A stretch of 24,000 nucleotides of DNA from Candidatus Heimdallarchaeota archaeon (GCA_019058165.1 JAHLVZ010000001.1:38412-62411); one strand, 5' to 3'. Positions 8,896-18,439 are shown, counted from the stretch's first letter. Made by a program: numbers and translations. Notes: generated by a model not told the origin, from the letters alone.

Positions 8896-10674
8896 TTAGT
8901 TCACTCGTTTTGTTGATGCAGCCATTTTATCAGGATCTGAGATTATTTCGATTAATGCTGGTTTTCCTGATTGTAATGCATTCTCAAAAGCTTCATCTAA
9001 TTTCTTAGGATCTTTTACTCTAATCCCGAAACCACCGCAAGAATTTGCGAATTCTGCAAAATTGGGATTTGGAAATTCTACTCCAAAAACAGGATAATCA
9101 TCTCGAAGCAATTCCTTCTTAATGTTCTTTAGAACTCCATCATTAAACAGAACAACAACTATGTTCAATTTCTCTCGTACAGCTGTGGTAAAGTCAGCCA
9201 TCAACATAGCAAATCCACCATCACCAGTAACGCAGACAACATGCTTCTCAGGATATTCAAGTTTTGCCACTAAAGCTGCGGGTAAAGCAAAACCCATACT
9301 GGCAATATTGGCATTCAAATACGTTCTCTGTCCTTCACAAATGAACTTCTTGTAAAACCAATAAGTATGATCACCAACATCAACGGTAAAAATTGCATCT
9401 TTGTTGAAATTCCTTCTAAGTGCTTGAATAACGAATCCAGGATTAATTGGTATTGAGAGATCTTTCCCTTCTATCTCAAGTTCCTCTAAATGTTCAGCTC
9501 GCATCTTTTTGACTTCAGCTAAGAACTTTTTGTCTTCTGTTTTTTCTTTAACAAGAGGAACCAGTTTTTGTAAAATTAAGCCAGCATCACCAACTAATCC
9601 AACATCGACATCAAAGGTTTTACCAATTCTTGTTGTATCATTGTCGATTTGTAGAATCTTAACACCCTTCGGAACGAGATTTGCTTGCCTGAAACCGGAA
9701 CCAATTATGATAATTAAGTCAGCTTTTTGAATTGCTTTTGCTGCGTGTTTTGTACCTATTGATCCTAACACGCCTAAAGCTAACTCATGAGTTTCATGAA
9801 TTACGCCTTTCGCTCGAGATGTTGTAGCAATTGGTGCTTTTAATTTCTCAGCTAATTTAAGAAGCAATTCACCACAGTGACGTGAACCCCAACCACCAAA
9901 AACGACTGGTTTCTTACAACCATTGATTAATTCAATAGCTTTCTTGATTTCATCATCTGTTGCAACGACTTCGCTTTTGAACAAGCGCTTTTCCGGTTGA
10001 ATAATTGAATCATCAATTGTATCTGCTAGAACATCTGTAGGACAACTAAGAACAGATAAACCCAGTTTCTTGAGAGCGTATTTCGCAGCCATCATAGTAA
10101 GTTTGATAGCTTGATTTGAACGAGCAACAGTTTCTGCGTATTCAGAAAACGGCCTAAAAAGCTCGATTTGATCGATTTCTTGGAAAGCTTCACTTCCAAG
10201 ATACACTTCAGGTATTTGCCCAACCAAAGCTAAAACTGGACTTCTATCAGTCGCAGCATCCATGAGACCAGTTATCATATTAGTTGCACCTGGTCCAGCA
10301 ATAGACATGCAGACACCTAACTTGTCGGTGATTTTTCCATGAGCTGAAGCCATGAATGCCCCAGTCTCTTCGTGCCTGACGAGAATGAAATCAATATCAT
10401 CATTTTTACGAATCGCATTGACTAATGGTAAGTTTGAATCCCCGGGAATGCCAAAAACATGCTTCACTCCAAAAGAAACTAATTGCTCAATGATCTTCTC
10501 AGCTACAGTAGTTTCAGCTTTCTCGGTCTTCTTTTTTCTGTCTAAAGGAACAAAAGCAGATTTTGGAGCACCACAAACAGGACAGGTATAAGAGTGAGGT
10601 AAATCAGCGAATTTCACTCCTTCCGCATCTTCATCATAAATATAATTACAAACTGTACAACGATACTTTGCCAA
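8896..10674 (-). CDS. ThDP-dependent acetolactate synthase / pyruvate oxidase-like enzyme with an N-terminal rubredoxin domain
   Basis: N-terminus [41 protein letters not shown] (rubredoxin). Body [90 protein letters not shown] (ThDP-binding motif). Confidence 0.9.
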   Translation of the reverse strand: MAKYRCTVCNYIYDEDAEGVKFADLPHSYTCPVCGAPKSAFVPLDRKKKTEKAETTVAEKIIEQLVSFGVKHVFGIPGDSNLPLVNAIRKNDDIDFILVRHEETGAFMASAHGKITDKLGVCMSIAGPGATNMITGLMDAATDRSPVLALVGQIPEVYLGSEAFQEIDQIELFRPFSEYAETVARSNQAIKLTMMAAKYALKKLGLSVLSCPTDVLADTIDDSIIQPEKRLFKSEVVATDDEIKKAIELINGCKKPVVFGGWGSRHCGELLLKLAEKLKAPIATTSRAKGVIHETHELALGVLGSIGTKHAAKAIQKADLIIIIGSGFRQANLVPKGVKILQIDNDTTRIGKTFDVDVGLVGDAGLILQKLVPLVKEKTEDKKFLAEVKKMRAEHLEELEIEGKDLSIPINPGFVIQALRRNFNKDAIFTVDVGDHTYWFYKKFICEGQRTYLNANIASMGFALPAALVAKLEYPEKHVVCVTGDGGFAMLMADFTTAVREKLNIVVVLFNDGVLKNIKKELLRDDYPVFGVEFPNPNFAEFANSCGGFGIRVKDPKKLDEAFENALQSGKPALIEIISDPDKMAASTKRVN

Positions 10675-10794
10675 GGGAAATTACTCCTATATTATCACAC
10701 AAAAATTAGCTTATTTGTTAATTACATTAAAAGATGATTCTTAAAAGAAGTTTCTCTTAAGAAAATTTATATTAACAAATTTCTGTGGGAAAAT

Positions 10795-11349
10795 ATGATT
10801 CATTTGCATTGTACCTTTTCTTCTTCTTTTGGTGATTTTACCATAATTTGGAAAGAGATAGAAGGAAAAATACGTATCCAACGTATGTTTGTTTCTGATA
10901 AGAAGTTATCAGCGGAAGAAAAAACATTGGGATTTTTTCCGGATAGTGAACCAAGTTCTGCAGCACTAATTAACAAACAAGGAAAACACATTCAACGATT
11001 TCTTAGTGGAGAAGAAGTAAAATTCGATTTGTCCGTATTGGATTTTGATAGATGTTCTGAAGTTCAGAAGAAAGTATTAATTGCTGAATATAACATTCCG
11101 AGAGGTTGGATAAGCACTTACAAGCGTATTGCTAACCATATTGGTTTAAAAAATGGAGCGAGAGTCGTTGGTAACTCATTAGCAAGAAATCCATTCCCAA
11201 TTTTTATTCCCTGTCATAGAGTAATTAAAAGCAACGGAGAACTTGGTGGATATCAGGGTGGTTTAGCTATGAAACGTGCTTTATTAGAATTAGAGGGGAT
11301 CAAGTTTTCAGAAAAAGGAAAAGTGATTTCCACAAGCATTCACTATTAG
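10795..11349 (+). CDS. ogt: Methylated-DNA--[protein]-cysteine S-methyltransferase (MGMT/Ogt)
   Basis: Active site FIPCHRVIKSNGELGGYQGGLAMKRALLELEG, with IPRGWISTYKRIANHIGLKNGARVVGNSLARNP. Confidence 0.93.
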   Translation: MIHLHCTFSSSFGDFTIIWKEIEGKIRIQRMFVSDKKLSAEEKTLGFFPDSEPSSAALINKQGKHIQRFLSGEEVKFDLSVLDFDRCSEVQKKVLIAEYNIPRGWISTYKRIANHIGLKNGARVVGNSLARNPFPIFIPCHRVIKSNGELGGYQGGLAMKRALLELEGIKFSEKGKVISTSIHY

Positions 11350-11478
11350 ATAGTTCTCGAAAAAACTACAGTGAATTTCTCACAAGATGAGAATTTTTAT
11401 AAAAGAATTTACAAATAATTAGCTAATATTGAAAGTTCGATGAGAAGAAAATGACATTAACACTTTTGAGGGAAAGAA

Positions 11479-12384
11479 ATGAAGTTTGTACAGACAGGAA
11501 CATTTAGAGAAAATTACTTGGAAGAAATTGTTGATTTTAAATCGTTAGAAAATATTGAGAATATGTTTTTGGAAAAACTTGATTATTTTATTGGATTTGT
11601 ATCTAAAGAAAAACCAGAAATAATAACCAAATATGTTAAAAATTTAGTAAAGAAATATCAGGGATTAGCAGAAGATAATTTATTTGAAAAACCTTCTGAA
11701 AAAATCAAAAAGATACTTGTAAAGTACATTTATTTGAGTCAATATCCTGATTTAATTAAAGTGTCTCTCAATTATTTTATTAATCTCCTACAAGCCAAAG
11801 AGAAAAATGTCTTGGATATGCCTGAAGTTAAAATTACCAAGAAAGCACTCATACAAGCGTGGATATACCATTCTTATTACTTCTTACAAGCATTGACAGA
11901 AACCATTGATAGAGAAGAAGCAGTGAAATTGTTCAAGCATTACATAACCAATTACTATTTAGAGCATCCTCCTACTTCCAGAGGGGAATTTGTTAGTCTT
12001 GAGAAAAGATTAGAAGATCGAACATCTGGAGATACCACTTCTTCTGAATGGGTTTTGGTTCACACTATGTTGGAAGATGGGAAATACGCTTTCAAAAATA
12101 AGAATTGTCCAACGTTGGCTGATACGATGGTAGATCTTACAGATGTTGAACTCAAATATCTTGTTGCATGTTATGGTGATTACCAGAAATTCAGGGGAAC
12201 TACCAATGAAAATATTATACTCACAATGGAACATACGATAATTCAAGGAGACTCTTATTGTTCTCGAGTCTTACATGATACTCGAATAGACTATGATTTA
12301 CGGCATCCACCGAAGGAGTTCTGGGACAATTTTGAGCCTGGAAAAGAAGAAGAAGCAATGAAATATTACAAAAAGAAGAAATAA
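11479..12384 (+). CDS. Protein resembling the L-2-amino-thiazoline-4-carboxylic acid hydrolase-like family
   Basis: Helical N-terminus, then CYGDYQKFRG...NIILTMEHTIIQGDSYCSRVLHD, reminiscent of the conserved GxxYCxxxxH C-terminal motif of that family. Assignment from motif memory only. Confidence 0.5.
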   Translation: MKFVQTGTFRENYLEEIVDFKSLENIENMFLEKLDYFIGFVSKEKPEIITKYVKNLVKKYQGLAEDNLFEKPSEKIKKILVKYIYLSQYPDLIKVSLNYFINLLQAKEKNVLDMPEVKITKKALIQAWIYHSYYFLQALTETIDREEAVKLFKHYITNYYLEHPPTSRGEFVSLEKRLEDRTSGDTTSSEWVLVHTMLEDGKYAFKNKNCPTLADTMVDLTDVELKYLVACYGDYQKFRGTTNENIILTMEHTIIQGDSYCSRVLHDTRIDYDLRHPPKEFWDNFEPGKEEEAMKYYKKKK

Positions 12385-12391
12385 TGAAAAG

Positions 12392-12420
12392 TGTCGAGTG
12401 TGGGCGGATTCGAACCGCCG
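12392..12420 (-). pseudogene. Partial tRNA: T-arm plus 3' acceptor strand only
   Basis: Minus strand reads ..CGGCGGTTCGAATCCGCCCACACTCGACA: a complete T-arm GGCGG-TTCGAAT-CCGCC and an acceptor 3' strand CACACTC, but no complementary 5' acceptor GAGTGTG was found upstream. 23 nt (12398..12420) are identical to the intact tRNA at 13641..13663. Confidence 0.75.
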
Positions 12421-12537
12421 CTCATCTTAATCCGTCAATTCTTGTGATATGCTTCAAAACAGCTTTTTCAACCATTTGAAAACAAGACTAATGGTTACGT
12501 ATTATAAATTAAATGTCCTCATCAAGTTGGTGAAGAC

Positions 12538-13611
12538 ATGGGCAAGGTAAGATTAGGAACAAAAATCATAATTGTTTTCGCATTAATCAATATTTTATGT
12601 ATAACTTACTCAAGCAGCATCAGTGAATCAAATGGTGAAAGTGGAATACATATTCCAGAGTCCTGCACAATTTTCACAACTACAATTGGTGAAAAGGTAT
12701 ATTTCGGTAATAATGAAGATTATAAATATGATGGAACCTATATATGGTTAATTCCAAGTCAAGAAAGATATACTTCATCAGGATATAAACAAATAAATGG
12801 GGCAGTATTTTTCGGATTTGACAATAACGATGATCCCAATGTAGATGGTGATCCACAAGGAGGAATGAATGATAAGGGATTATGTTTTGATGCAAATGGA
12901 TTACCACCAACATTAATTAACTACTCGTCAGGATTAACCTTTCCATATACTCACCCTTTTTATGAAATTCTTTGGGAATATAGTACAGTAAATGAGACTA
13001 TTGAATGGTTTACAACACATTATTTTGATATATATATGAGGTGTCAAATTCATTTTGCGGATGCATCTGGAGATGCAGTTGTTGTTAGTGTAGATGCAGA
13101 TGGAAATTTTGCTTTCACACGAATTAGTGATTCATCATACTTGGTGTCAACTAATTTCAATTTAGCCAATACTGAAAATGGGTTGTATCCATGTCAACGG
13201 TATGATACTGCATGTTCTATGCTAGAAGATATCACAACAGAAGACAACCTAACAATTGAAGCATGTAGCGATGTGTTGGATGCAGTACATGGTGAAGGAG
13301 AATATAGAACAAGGTATAGTAATATCTTTGACCTTGTTAATCGAGAAATTTACATTTACCATGATCGGAATTATGAAAGAGTTGCTAAGCTAAGTTTAGA
13401 AGAGGAATTAGCAAAGATTCTTCCAGAAGGAGATGGAATTGAAACTTCAAATTTTGTGTATTACAAATCTATTAGTGTTGCTGATTTGAAGTATCAGTCA
13501 ACAAAATCATTATCTGTTTATTCTATTGTTCTAATTGCTGGTTTAGCGGGAATTACTATGATTAGTAAAAGATTAATAGTTAATTCAAAACTCAAAATTA
13601 AAAAGGTATAA
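12538..13611 (+). CDS. Secreted, membrane-anchored Ntn-hydrolase-like protein (choloylglycine hydrolase / penicillin V acylase superfamily)
   Basis: N-terminal hydrophobic segment, SCTIFTTTIGEKVYFGNNEDYKYD (Cys nucleophile plus NxED-type segment), GGMNDKGLCFDANGLP, and a C-terminal TM segment SIVLIAGLAGITMI followed by basic residues. Confidence 0.72.
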   Translation: MGKVRLGTKIIIVFALINILCITYSSSISESNGESGIHIPESCTIFTTTIGEKVYFGNNEDYKYDGTYIWLIPSQERYTSSGYKQINGAVFFGFDNNDDPNVDGDPQGGMNDKGLCFDANGLPPTLINYSSGLTFPYTHPFYEILWEYSTVNETIEWFTTHYFDIYMRCQIHFADASGDAVVVSVDADGNFAFTRISDSSYLVSTNFNLANTENGLYPCQRYDTACSMLEDITTEDNLTIEACSDVLDAVHGEGEYRTRYSNIFDLVNREIYIYHDRNYERVAKLSLEEELAKILPEGDGIETSNFVYYKSISVADLKYQSTKSLSVYSIVLIAGLAGITMISKRLIVNSKLKIKKV

Positions 13612-13634
13612 TCTATTTCATATCTAAATGGAAA

Positions 13635-13743
13635 TGGCGGGTGTGGGCGGATTCGAACCGCCGATCTCCCAAAGCGAAACAAAGAGCAAACACTCAATGT
13701 TACTCCGCAGGCGGGCGCATTGTCCAGGCTTTACTACACACCC
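13635..13743 (-). tRNA. tRNA-Arg(GCG) with a 31-nt intron, CCA encoded
   Basis: Acceptor GGGTGTG/CACACCC with discriminator G and CCA; T-arm GGCGG-TTCGAAT-CCGCC; D-loop AGCCTGGACA. After removing 13672..13702 the anticodon arm is CCCGC-CTGCGGA-GTGGG (5 bp, one G-U), anticodon GCG. TATA-like ATTTATAAA at 13774..13782 upstream. Confidence 0.85.
13672..13702 (-). other. tRNA intron at non-canonical position 39/40 (40/41 gives the same mature product)
   Basis: Minus-strand intron TAACATTGAGTGTTTGCTCTTTGTTTCGCTT. BHB fold: helix CCU/GGG, central 4 bp GCGG/UCGC, bulges AG^U and UU^U, inner helix AACA/UGUU and GAG/CUC hairpin. Confidence 0.75.
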
Positions 13744-13773
13744 AAAGGTCTGATTTGTATTTCCAATTATAGA

Positions 13774-13782
13774 ATTTATAAA
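13774..13782 (-). promoter_or_regulatory. Putative TATA box for the tRNA-Arg gene
   Basis: TTTATAAAT on the minus strand about 31-39 nt upstream of the mature tRNA 5' end. Confidence 0.5.
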
Positions 13783-13826
13783 ACTATAGGTTTTAGTTAA
13801 AAAATAGAAAAGGGGGATATTGGTTT

Positions 13827-14669
13827 TTACTCCTTCAATTTGTTTTGATTGAATCCATTGCCAGGTCCTTTGTAACGAGGATATTTCTCTTTGTTTAAAG
13901 TTCCTTCTTTAAACTGGATAGCATCTTCTGGACAGAGATTATAACACCTCAAACAAATATTGCAGTCATCGCCCCAAACAAATTCTTCATTCTCAAATCG
14001 AATATTGTTCGTTGGGCAATATTCTACACATAGCATGCATTCTGTACACGTTTCCTTTTCTACGAAATAATTACGAGCCCATCTTGTCCAACCGATTAAT
14101 TTCATAGGTACTCTTTGCGATAAACCACCAGAAACATTGATTGGATCCCAGCCTTGCAACCATCTTTTTCCCTCTACTATTTTTTTAACCAATTTATCGA
14201 CTTTTTTTGCAGCTTTTTCTTTTAGTTTAGTTATTCCTTCTTCACTAGACATTGGAAATGATCTAACAATAGGATAGGGTAATTTGACATTATTTGGCAT
14301 TCGAATATTTGTTGCTTGTTTTACTCTGAATCCCTTCCTTCTTAGTTTTCGAGCAGCAACTAAAGCTCCGTCACCACTGAAAAGCATCATTGTTGTAAAC
14401 ACGAAAGCATGTTTTCCTTTATTTTTGGATAGTGATTTTATAAAATCAATATATGTTAATGGTAAATCAGAACCAAAAATCGGATAACCAAAACCAACTA
14501 TAGACGCATCTTCTATTAAAGATTGCACTTTTTTGTTATCACTAATTTCCTCAGCTTCGATGGAATATTTTTTTGTTTCAATTCCACTTTGAGTTAATTT
14601 TTTTTCAATTTGATTCGCGACCCACCAAGTATTTCCTGTTCCACTAAAATAGAAAATCACTGCTTTCAT
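13827..14669 (-). CDS. EFR1-type protein: flavodoxin domain plus two 4Fe-4S clusters
   Basis: KAVIFYFSGTGNTWWVANQI (flavodoxin FMN loop); CTECMLCVEYCP and CNICLRCYNLCPEDAI. Confidence 0.88.
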   Translation of the reverse strand: MKAVIFYFSGTGNTWWVANQIEKKLTQSGIETKKYSIEAEEISDNKKVQSLIEDASIVGFGYPIFGSDLPLTYIDFIKSLSKNKGKHAFVFTTMMLFSGDGALVAARKLRRKGFRVKQATNIRMPNNVKLPYPIVRSFPMSSEEGITKLKEKAAKKVDKLVKKIVEGKRWLQGWDPINVSGGLSQRVPMKLIGWTRWARNYFVEKETCTECMLCVEYCPTNNIRFENEEFVWGDDCNICLRCYNLCPEDAIQFKEGTLNKEKYPRYKGPGNGFNQNKLKE

Positions 14670-14725
14670 TTTAATTACACTCTAGTTGCCTATCAGTATT
14701 TTAGAATAAAAATTTTAAGGGATAC

Positions 14726-15442
14726 TCATTTCTCAAAAATGCTTTTCATTTCCTCAAAAGAACTTATTTTTAGATTTGGCACTTGCAAACCTTCAAGCTC
14801 ACTATTAACTCCGTATCTATCTATTAAAACAGAAAACATTCCTACACGATTTGCACCCATCACATCAGATCTAGGATTATCACCCACAAAAACAGTTTTT
14901 TCTGCTGTGATTTTTAATTTTGACAGTGATTCATGAAAAATCTTCATATCAGGTTTTGTTATGGGAAACTCGTTGCATGGAGCAATTACAAATTCAAAAT
15001 GGTGTTCTATTCCAGCATTATTAAGACGTTTATGGATAATTTCTATGTCACCATTTGAAACAATTGCCATCCTGATTCCTTTCTTCTCTAAATAATTAAT
15101 CAAACTTATTGCATCAAGATAAGGTTTCGATCTCTTACTATATTCTTGTCGCATATACTCCCAATAGTTATCTGCTTCTTCTATAGATATATCTTTACCA
15201 AATTCTTTTAGTGCTAATACTAGGGATCTTCCAGCGTTTTCTCGATCTATACAAAAACCAACTTCTTCAACGATCCGAGATTGTTCTGAAAAATAGAATT
15301 CATCCCACTTTGAGTGAACTTGATCAACTAAATCCTCTGATAATCCTAGACTAGCTAATACTCTCTTTGTTACAATTTCATGTATTCCTTGATTGTTGAA
15401 AATCGTTTCATCAGCATCGAAAATTACTGCTTCAAAAGTCAT
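14726..15442 (-). CDS. HAD-superfamily hydrolase
   Basis: FEAVIFDADETIFNN, GIRMAIVSNGD, KPDMKIFHESL, TVFVGDNPRSDVMGANRVGM. Confidence 0.9.
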   Translation of the reverse strand: MTFEAVIFDADETIFNNQGIHEIVTKRVLASLGLSEDLVDQVHSKWDEFYFSEQSRIVEEVGFCIDRENAGRSLVLALKEFGKDISIEEADNYWEYMRQEYSKRSKPYLDAISLINYLEKKGIRMAIVSNGDIEIIHKRLNNAGIEHHFEFVIAPCNEFPITKPDMKIFHESLSKLKITAEKTVFVGDNPRSDVMGANRVGMFSVLIDRYGVNSELEGLQVPNLKISSFEEMKSIFEK

Positions 15443-15576
15443 ACTTATCCTATCACAAGTTACTTCTTTCTACTTCAGTTTATAATATTCTTTATTTATG
15501 TTATTAAAGCAGTGTCTTTTTTTGTGAATTGACTAAAAGGTAAAAAAGAAACTAGTAAACTATATTCTAAGGACGT

Positions 15577-16950
15577 TTGTTTCTGATGACTTTACCAACA
15601 ACACATATAGCTTTAGCAGCAATAATTGTCTGGGTATTAATGGGTAAGAAGAATCGACAAATTTTCAAGAAGAAATTATGGCTATTTACTCTTCTAACGC
15701 TTTTTTCATTTTTACCCGATGTTGATACGCTTTTCTACATTCATAGAACGTATTTCCACTCCATTGTTTGGCCTACGTTCATTATTCTCGGAGTGTTTGG
15801 ATGGTTGAGTTTTGAGAAGCTAATTAGGAAAAAAGTCATTGGGGAAAAAGCTAATTTAATTTGGCGATCCATAATAATTGCTTGTGCTTTCCTTATCCTT
15901 CACAGTATAATGGATTTAAATCCAGGTCCAGTCTTATTGTTTTATCCTTTTGATAACAGAATGTATCGATGGAATGTCTCTATGGTTTGGGATCTCGACA
16001 CATTTTATTTTCTTAAGGAATTGAAGTTTAATTGGTCAAGTATGTCTTTCAATGAGGGAATAGACAATTCGTTATTCAATCTTACACCTCAACAAAAAAT
16101 AGATTATTTTGGTGCACAATATATTGAACTCTTTTTTGCAGAATTTCCAATTCACTTCTTATCATTTCTAACTTGGACAATTTTATTTCCGGTTACTTCT
16201 GTAGTTTTGTTGCTTAGAAAACGTCAAAAACCCAACAATTTCTTCAAGAAATTACTCAAATTTAGAAATCCAATGATAGTTGGGGGTTTAATCCTTCTAA
16301 CCTTTGGATTAACTCTAGGTCCTGGTTTTGGTTTAAATCGGATGGAGAATCGGGAATATAATCAATGGCTTAGTTTCTCTCAGAATGAAATATTCTATGG
16401 AACAACTCGGAATTTTGAGTTAGATAAAAATGATGTTTTAAACATGAATGGTCTTTTTGCTGGCAATAATTCTGCATGTGAAATTACTGCAGTGATTGCC
16501 AATGAAGAGCAATTTACGAATGTTGATGAATCATTAACTGAAGCTTTTAGTCTTTACAATAATACTTCAAGTTATAATTACACATGGTTAATATCGAGTT
16601 ATCGAAACATTACGCAAAATTTCATAGGGAATTCACTAGTTCATTATTCATTAACTCAAAATTATACCACAGGAATAAACTACACTTTGACTAATAAAAT
16701 GACATTGTATGCTGTTGCTTTACTAGTTGATTGGAACACATCAATTGATTTTGAGGTTGATACAAAAATTGTAAACACATTACATATTAAACGCGTTCTA
16801 GAATTTTCTTTTGGTATGGTATTTACAACTATAGGATTAATTATAGCTGTAATTCCTATAATTGATATTATTGCGAAGATGAGAGATGAAAAGGAAAAAA
16901 TCATAGAAGAATCCGTAAAAATTGAAGAAAAACAAGAGATAAGTGAGTAA
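15577..16950 (+). CDS. YdjM-like membrane-bound metal-dependent hydrolase family protein
   Basis: TLPTTHIALAAIIVW, FSFLPDVDTLFYIHRTYFHSIVWP, FLILHSIMDLNPGPVLLFYPF; multiple TM segments. Confidence 0.7.
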   Translation: MFLMTLPTTHIALAAIIVWVLMGKKNRQIFKKKLWLFTLLTLFSFLPDVDTLFYIHRTYFHSIVWPTFIILGVFGWLSFEKLIRKKVIGEKANLIWRSIIIACAFLILHSIMDLNPGPVLLFYPFDNRMYRWNVSMVWDLDTFYFLKELKFNWSSMSFNEGIDNSLFNLTPQQKIDYFGAQYIELFFAEFPIHFLSFLTWTILFPVTSVVLLLRKRQKPNNFFKKLLKFRNPMIVGGLILLTFGLTLGPGFGLNRMENREYNQWLSFSQNEIFYGTTRNFELDKNDVLNMNGLFAGNNSACEITAVIANEEQFTNVDESLTEAFSLYNNTSSYNYTWLISSYRNITQNFIGNSLVHYSLTQNYTTGINYTLTNKMTLYAVALLVDWNTSIDFEVDTKIVNTLHIKRVLEFSFGMVFTTIGLIIAVIPIIDIIAKMRDEKEKIIEESVKIEEKQEISE

Positions 16951-17038
16951 GCTAATCTTTTACTCACTTTCATCTTTAAAGAGGTTATTTTTTATGGAAT
17001 GAATCATAAGAAATAATTAGTTTGATATCTTTTGATTC

Positions 17039-18343
17039 GTGGAGTTGACAAAAATGAAAAAACAGAGAATTCTCATTTTAGTTGCTTTATTGATAACTCC
17101 AATGATTCTCTCATTCATTAAAATTGATGGTGCAGTTGAAAACCCTACTGATGAAGTTATAATACTGAATGTTCTTCCTAATGGAGCACCAGCAATGGAT
17201 TGGAATTTAGAAGATATTATGAGCGACACAAATTATACCTTTTCATCTCTTGCAGGAAAAGTTGTTGTAATGGATTTCTTCACTACATGGTGTACACCTT
17301 GTATAATTGCTATGCCACTTTTACGAGAAATTAATGATAATTATTCCGGAAACTCAGACTTTGTTTTAATGAGCATAGATCTAGAATCCGAAGAAGATAC
17401 TAATGAAACTGTTCTTGAAGATTTTGCAAGTACATACAATATGAATTGGAAGATATTCCGAGATACTGTAAATATGGCTAATTATTATAATGTTAATAGT
17501 TTCCCGACTCTAATACTTTTCAGTAAAACACAGTATATTTACTACTCTGAAATTGGGGTGAGTGGAACTCAGCATTTAATCGATATGATTGATGATTTAT
17601 TATCCTTCAGTGATAGCACTAATCCAATAATAAATGAAATTGAAACTGATAAAACTTCATTTTCAGTTCTTGATAATAGGTTTGCTGTATTAGCTAATAT
17701 CACAGACGATACTTTGAGACACGTAGGATATGAATTAGAGATGGGTAGTTACTCGGATTCTAAAGATTTCTGGAAACCAAGTACATATGTAATGAATTAT
17801 GAGTTCGTAGTTGATCCTGTAGCTATTTATAATGCCACACAATATGGTATAACTAATACCACCATCAATGTTATTGCAGAAGATTTTGCAGGTTTATCAA
17901 CAACAGATAATATAACAATAGATGTTGATAATTTAGTTGACGCAGAAAATCCTTTTGTAAACATAACTAATATAAAAGAAATAGATGCTTCAACTGGTCA
18001 TACTTTTGAGATAATAGCTACAATAACTGATGATTTATTGGTTGTAAATGCTTCAGTTGAGCTATTGAAAAATGGAGCATCTTTTGAATCAGGTATAATG
18101 GAATTAGATTCCGGTGATACCTACAGTATAAAATTTTATGATTTAACAGTCAAGAAAGGAGACATAATCACAGTTAAAGTGACAGGTGAAGATGTTGCTG
18201 GTAAAACTACAGTAGATGAGGGAGATCATATTATAACTGCTAGAGTAAGTTTAACTTTGCCAATAATTTTAGCAACCATTTTCCTTGCTAATTTGATTAT
18301 CCTCCCAATACGAAGAATTCAAGTAAGAAAGTTAACAAAATAA
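17039..18343 (+). CDS. Secreted/membrane TlpA-like thioredoxin with a C-terminal Ig-like region and TM anchor
   Basis: N-terminal hydrophobic segment, KVVVMDFFTTWCTPCIIAMPLL, SFPTLILFSK, beta-rich repeat ITDDLLVVNASVELLKNG, and C-terminal TM LTLPIILATIFLANLIILP. Confidence 0.8.
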   Translation: MELTKMKKQRILILVALLITPMILSFIKIDGAVENPTDEVIILNVLPNGAPAMDWNLEDIMSDTNYTFSSLAGKVVVMDFFTTWCTPCIIAMPLLREINDNYSGNSDFVLMSIDLESEEDTNETVLEDFASTYNMNWKIFRDTVNMANYYNVNSFPTLILFSKTQYIYYSEIGVSGTQHLIDMIDDLLSFSDSTNPIINEIETDKTSFSVLDNRFAVLANITDDTLRHVGYELEMGSYSDSKDFWKPSTYVMNYEFVVDPVAIYNATQYGITNTTINVIAEDFAGLSTTDNITIDVDNLVDAENPFVNITNIKEIDASTGHTFEIIATITDDLLVVNASVELLKNGASFESGIMELDSGDTYSIKFYDLTVKKGDIITVKVTGEDVAGKTTVDEGDHIITARVSLTLPIILATIFLANLIILPIRRIQVRKLTK

Positions 18344-18439
18344 AACTTGACCTTATAAAATAATTAATACTCCTTATGGGGATTAGTTATCCCTATTTAG
18401 AATGATAAGATGTGATAGTTCATTGGACGGGAAGTTTTC

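Noticed and set aside
9122-10591. Plus-strand ORFs at 9122..9355, 9509..9730 and 10352..10591
   Set aside because: Antisense to the rubredoxin/ThDP enzyme gene, with no recognisable domains.
12010-12246. Minus-strand ORF opposite the 11479..12384 gene
   Set aside because: Antisense shadow of a longer ORF with a better start context.
13672-13702. Canonical tRNA intron placement after position 37
   Set aside because: It leaves a C-U mismatch at 31:39 and does not fit the observed 3-nt bulge and 4-bp helix geometry; the 39/40 placement fits both.
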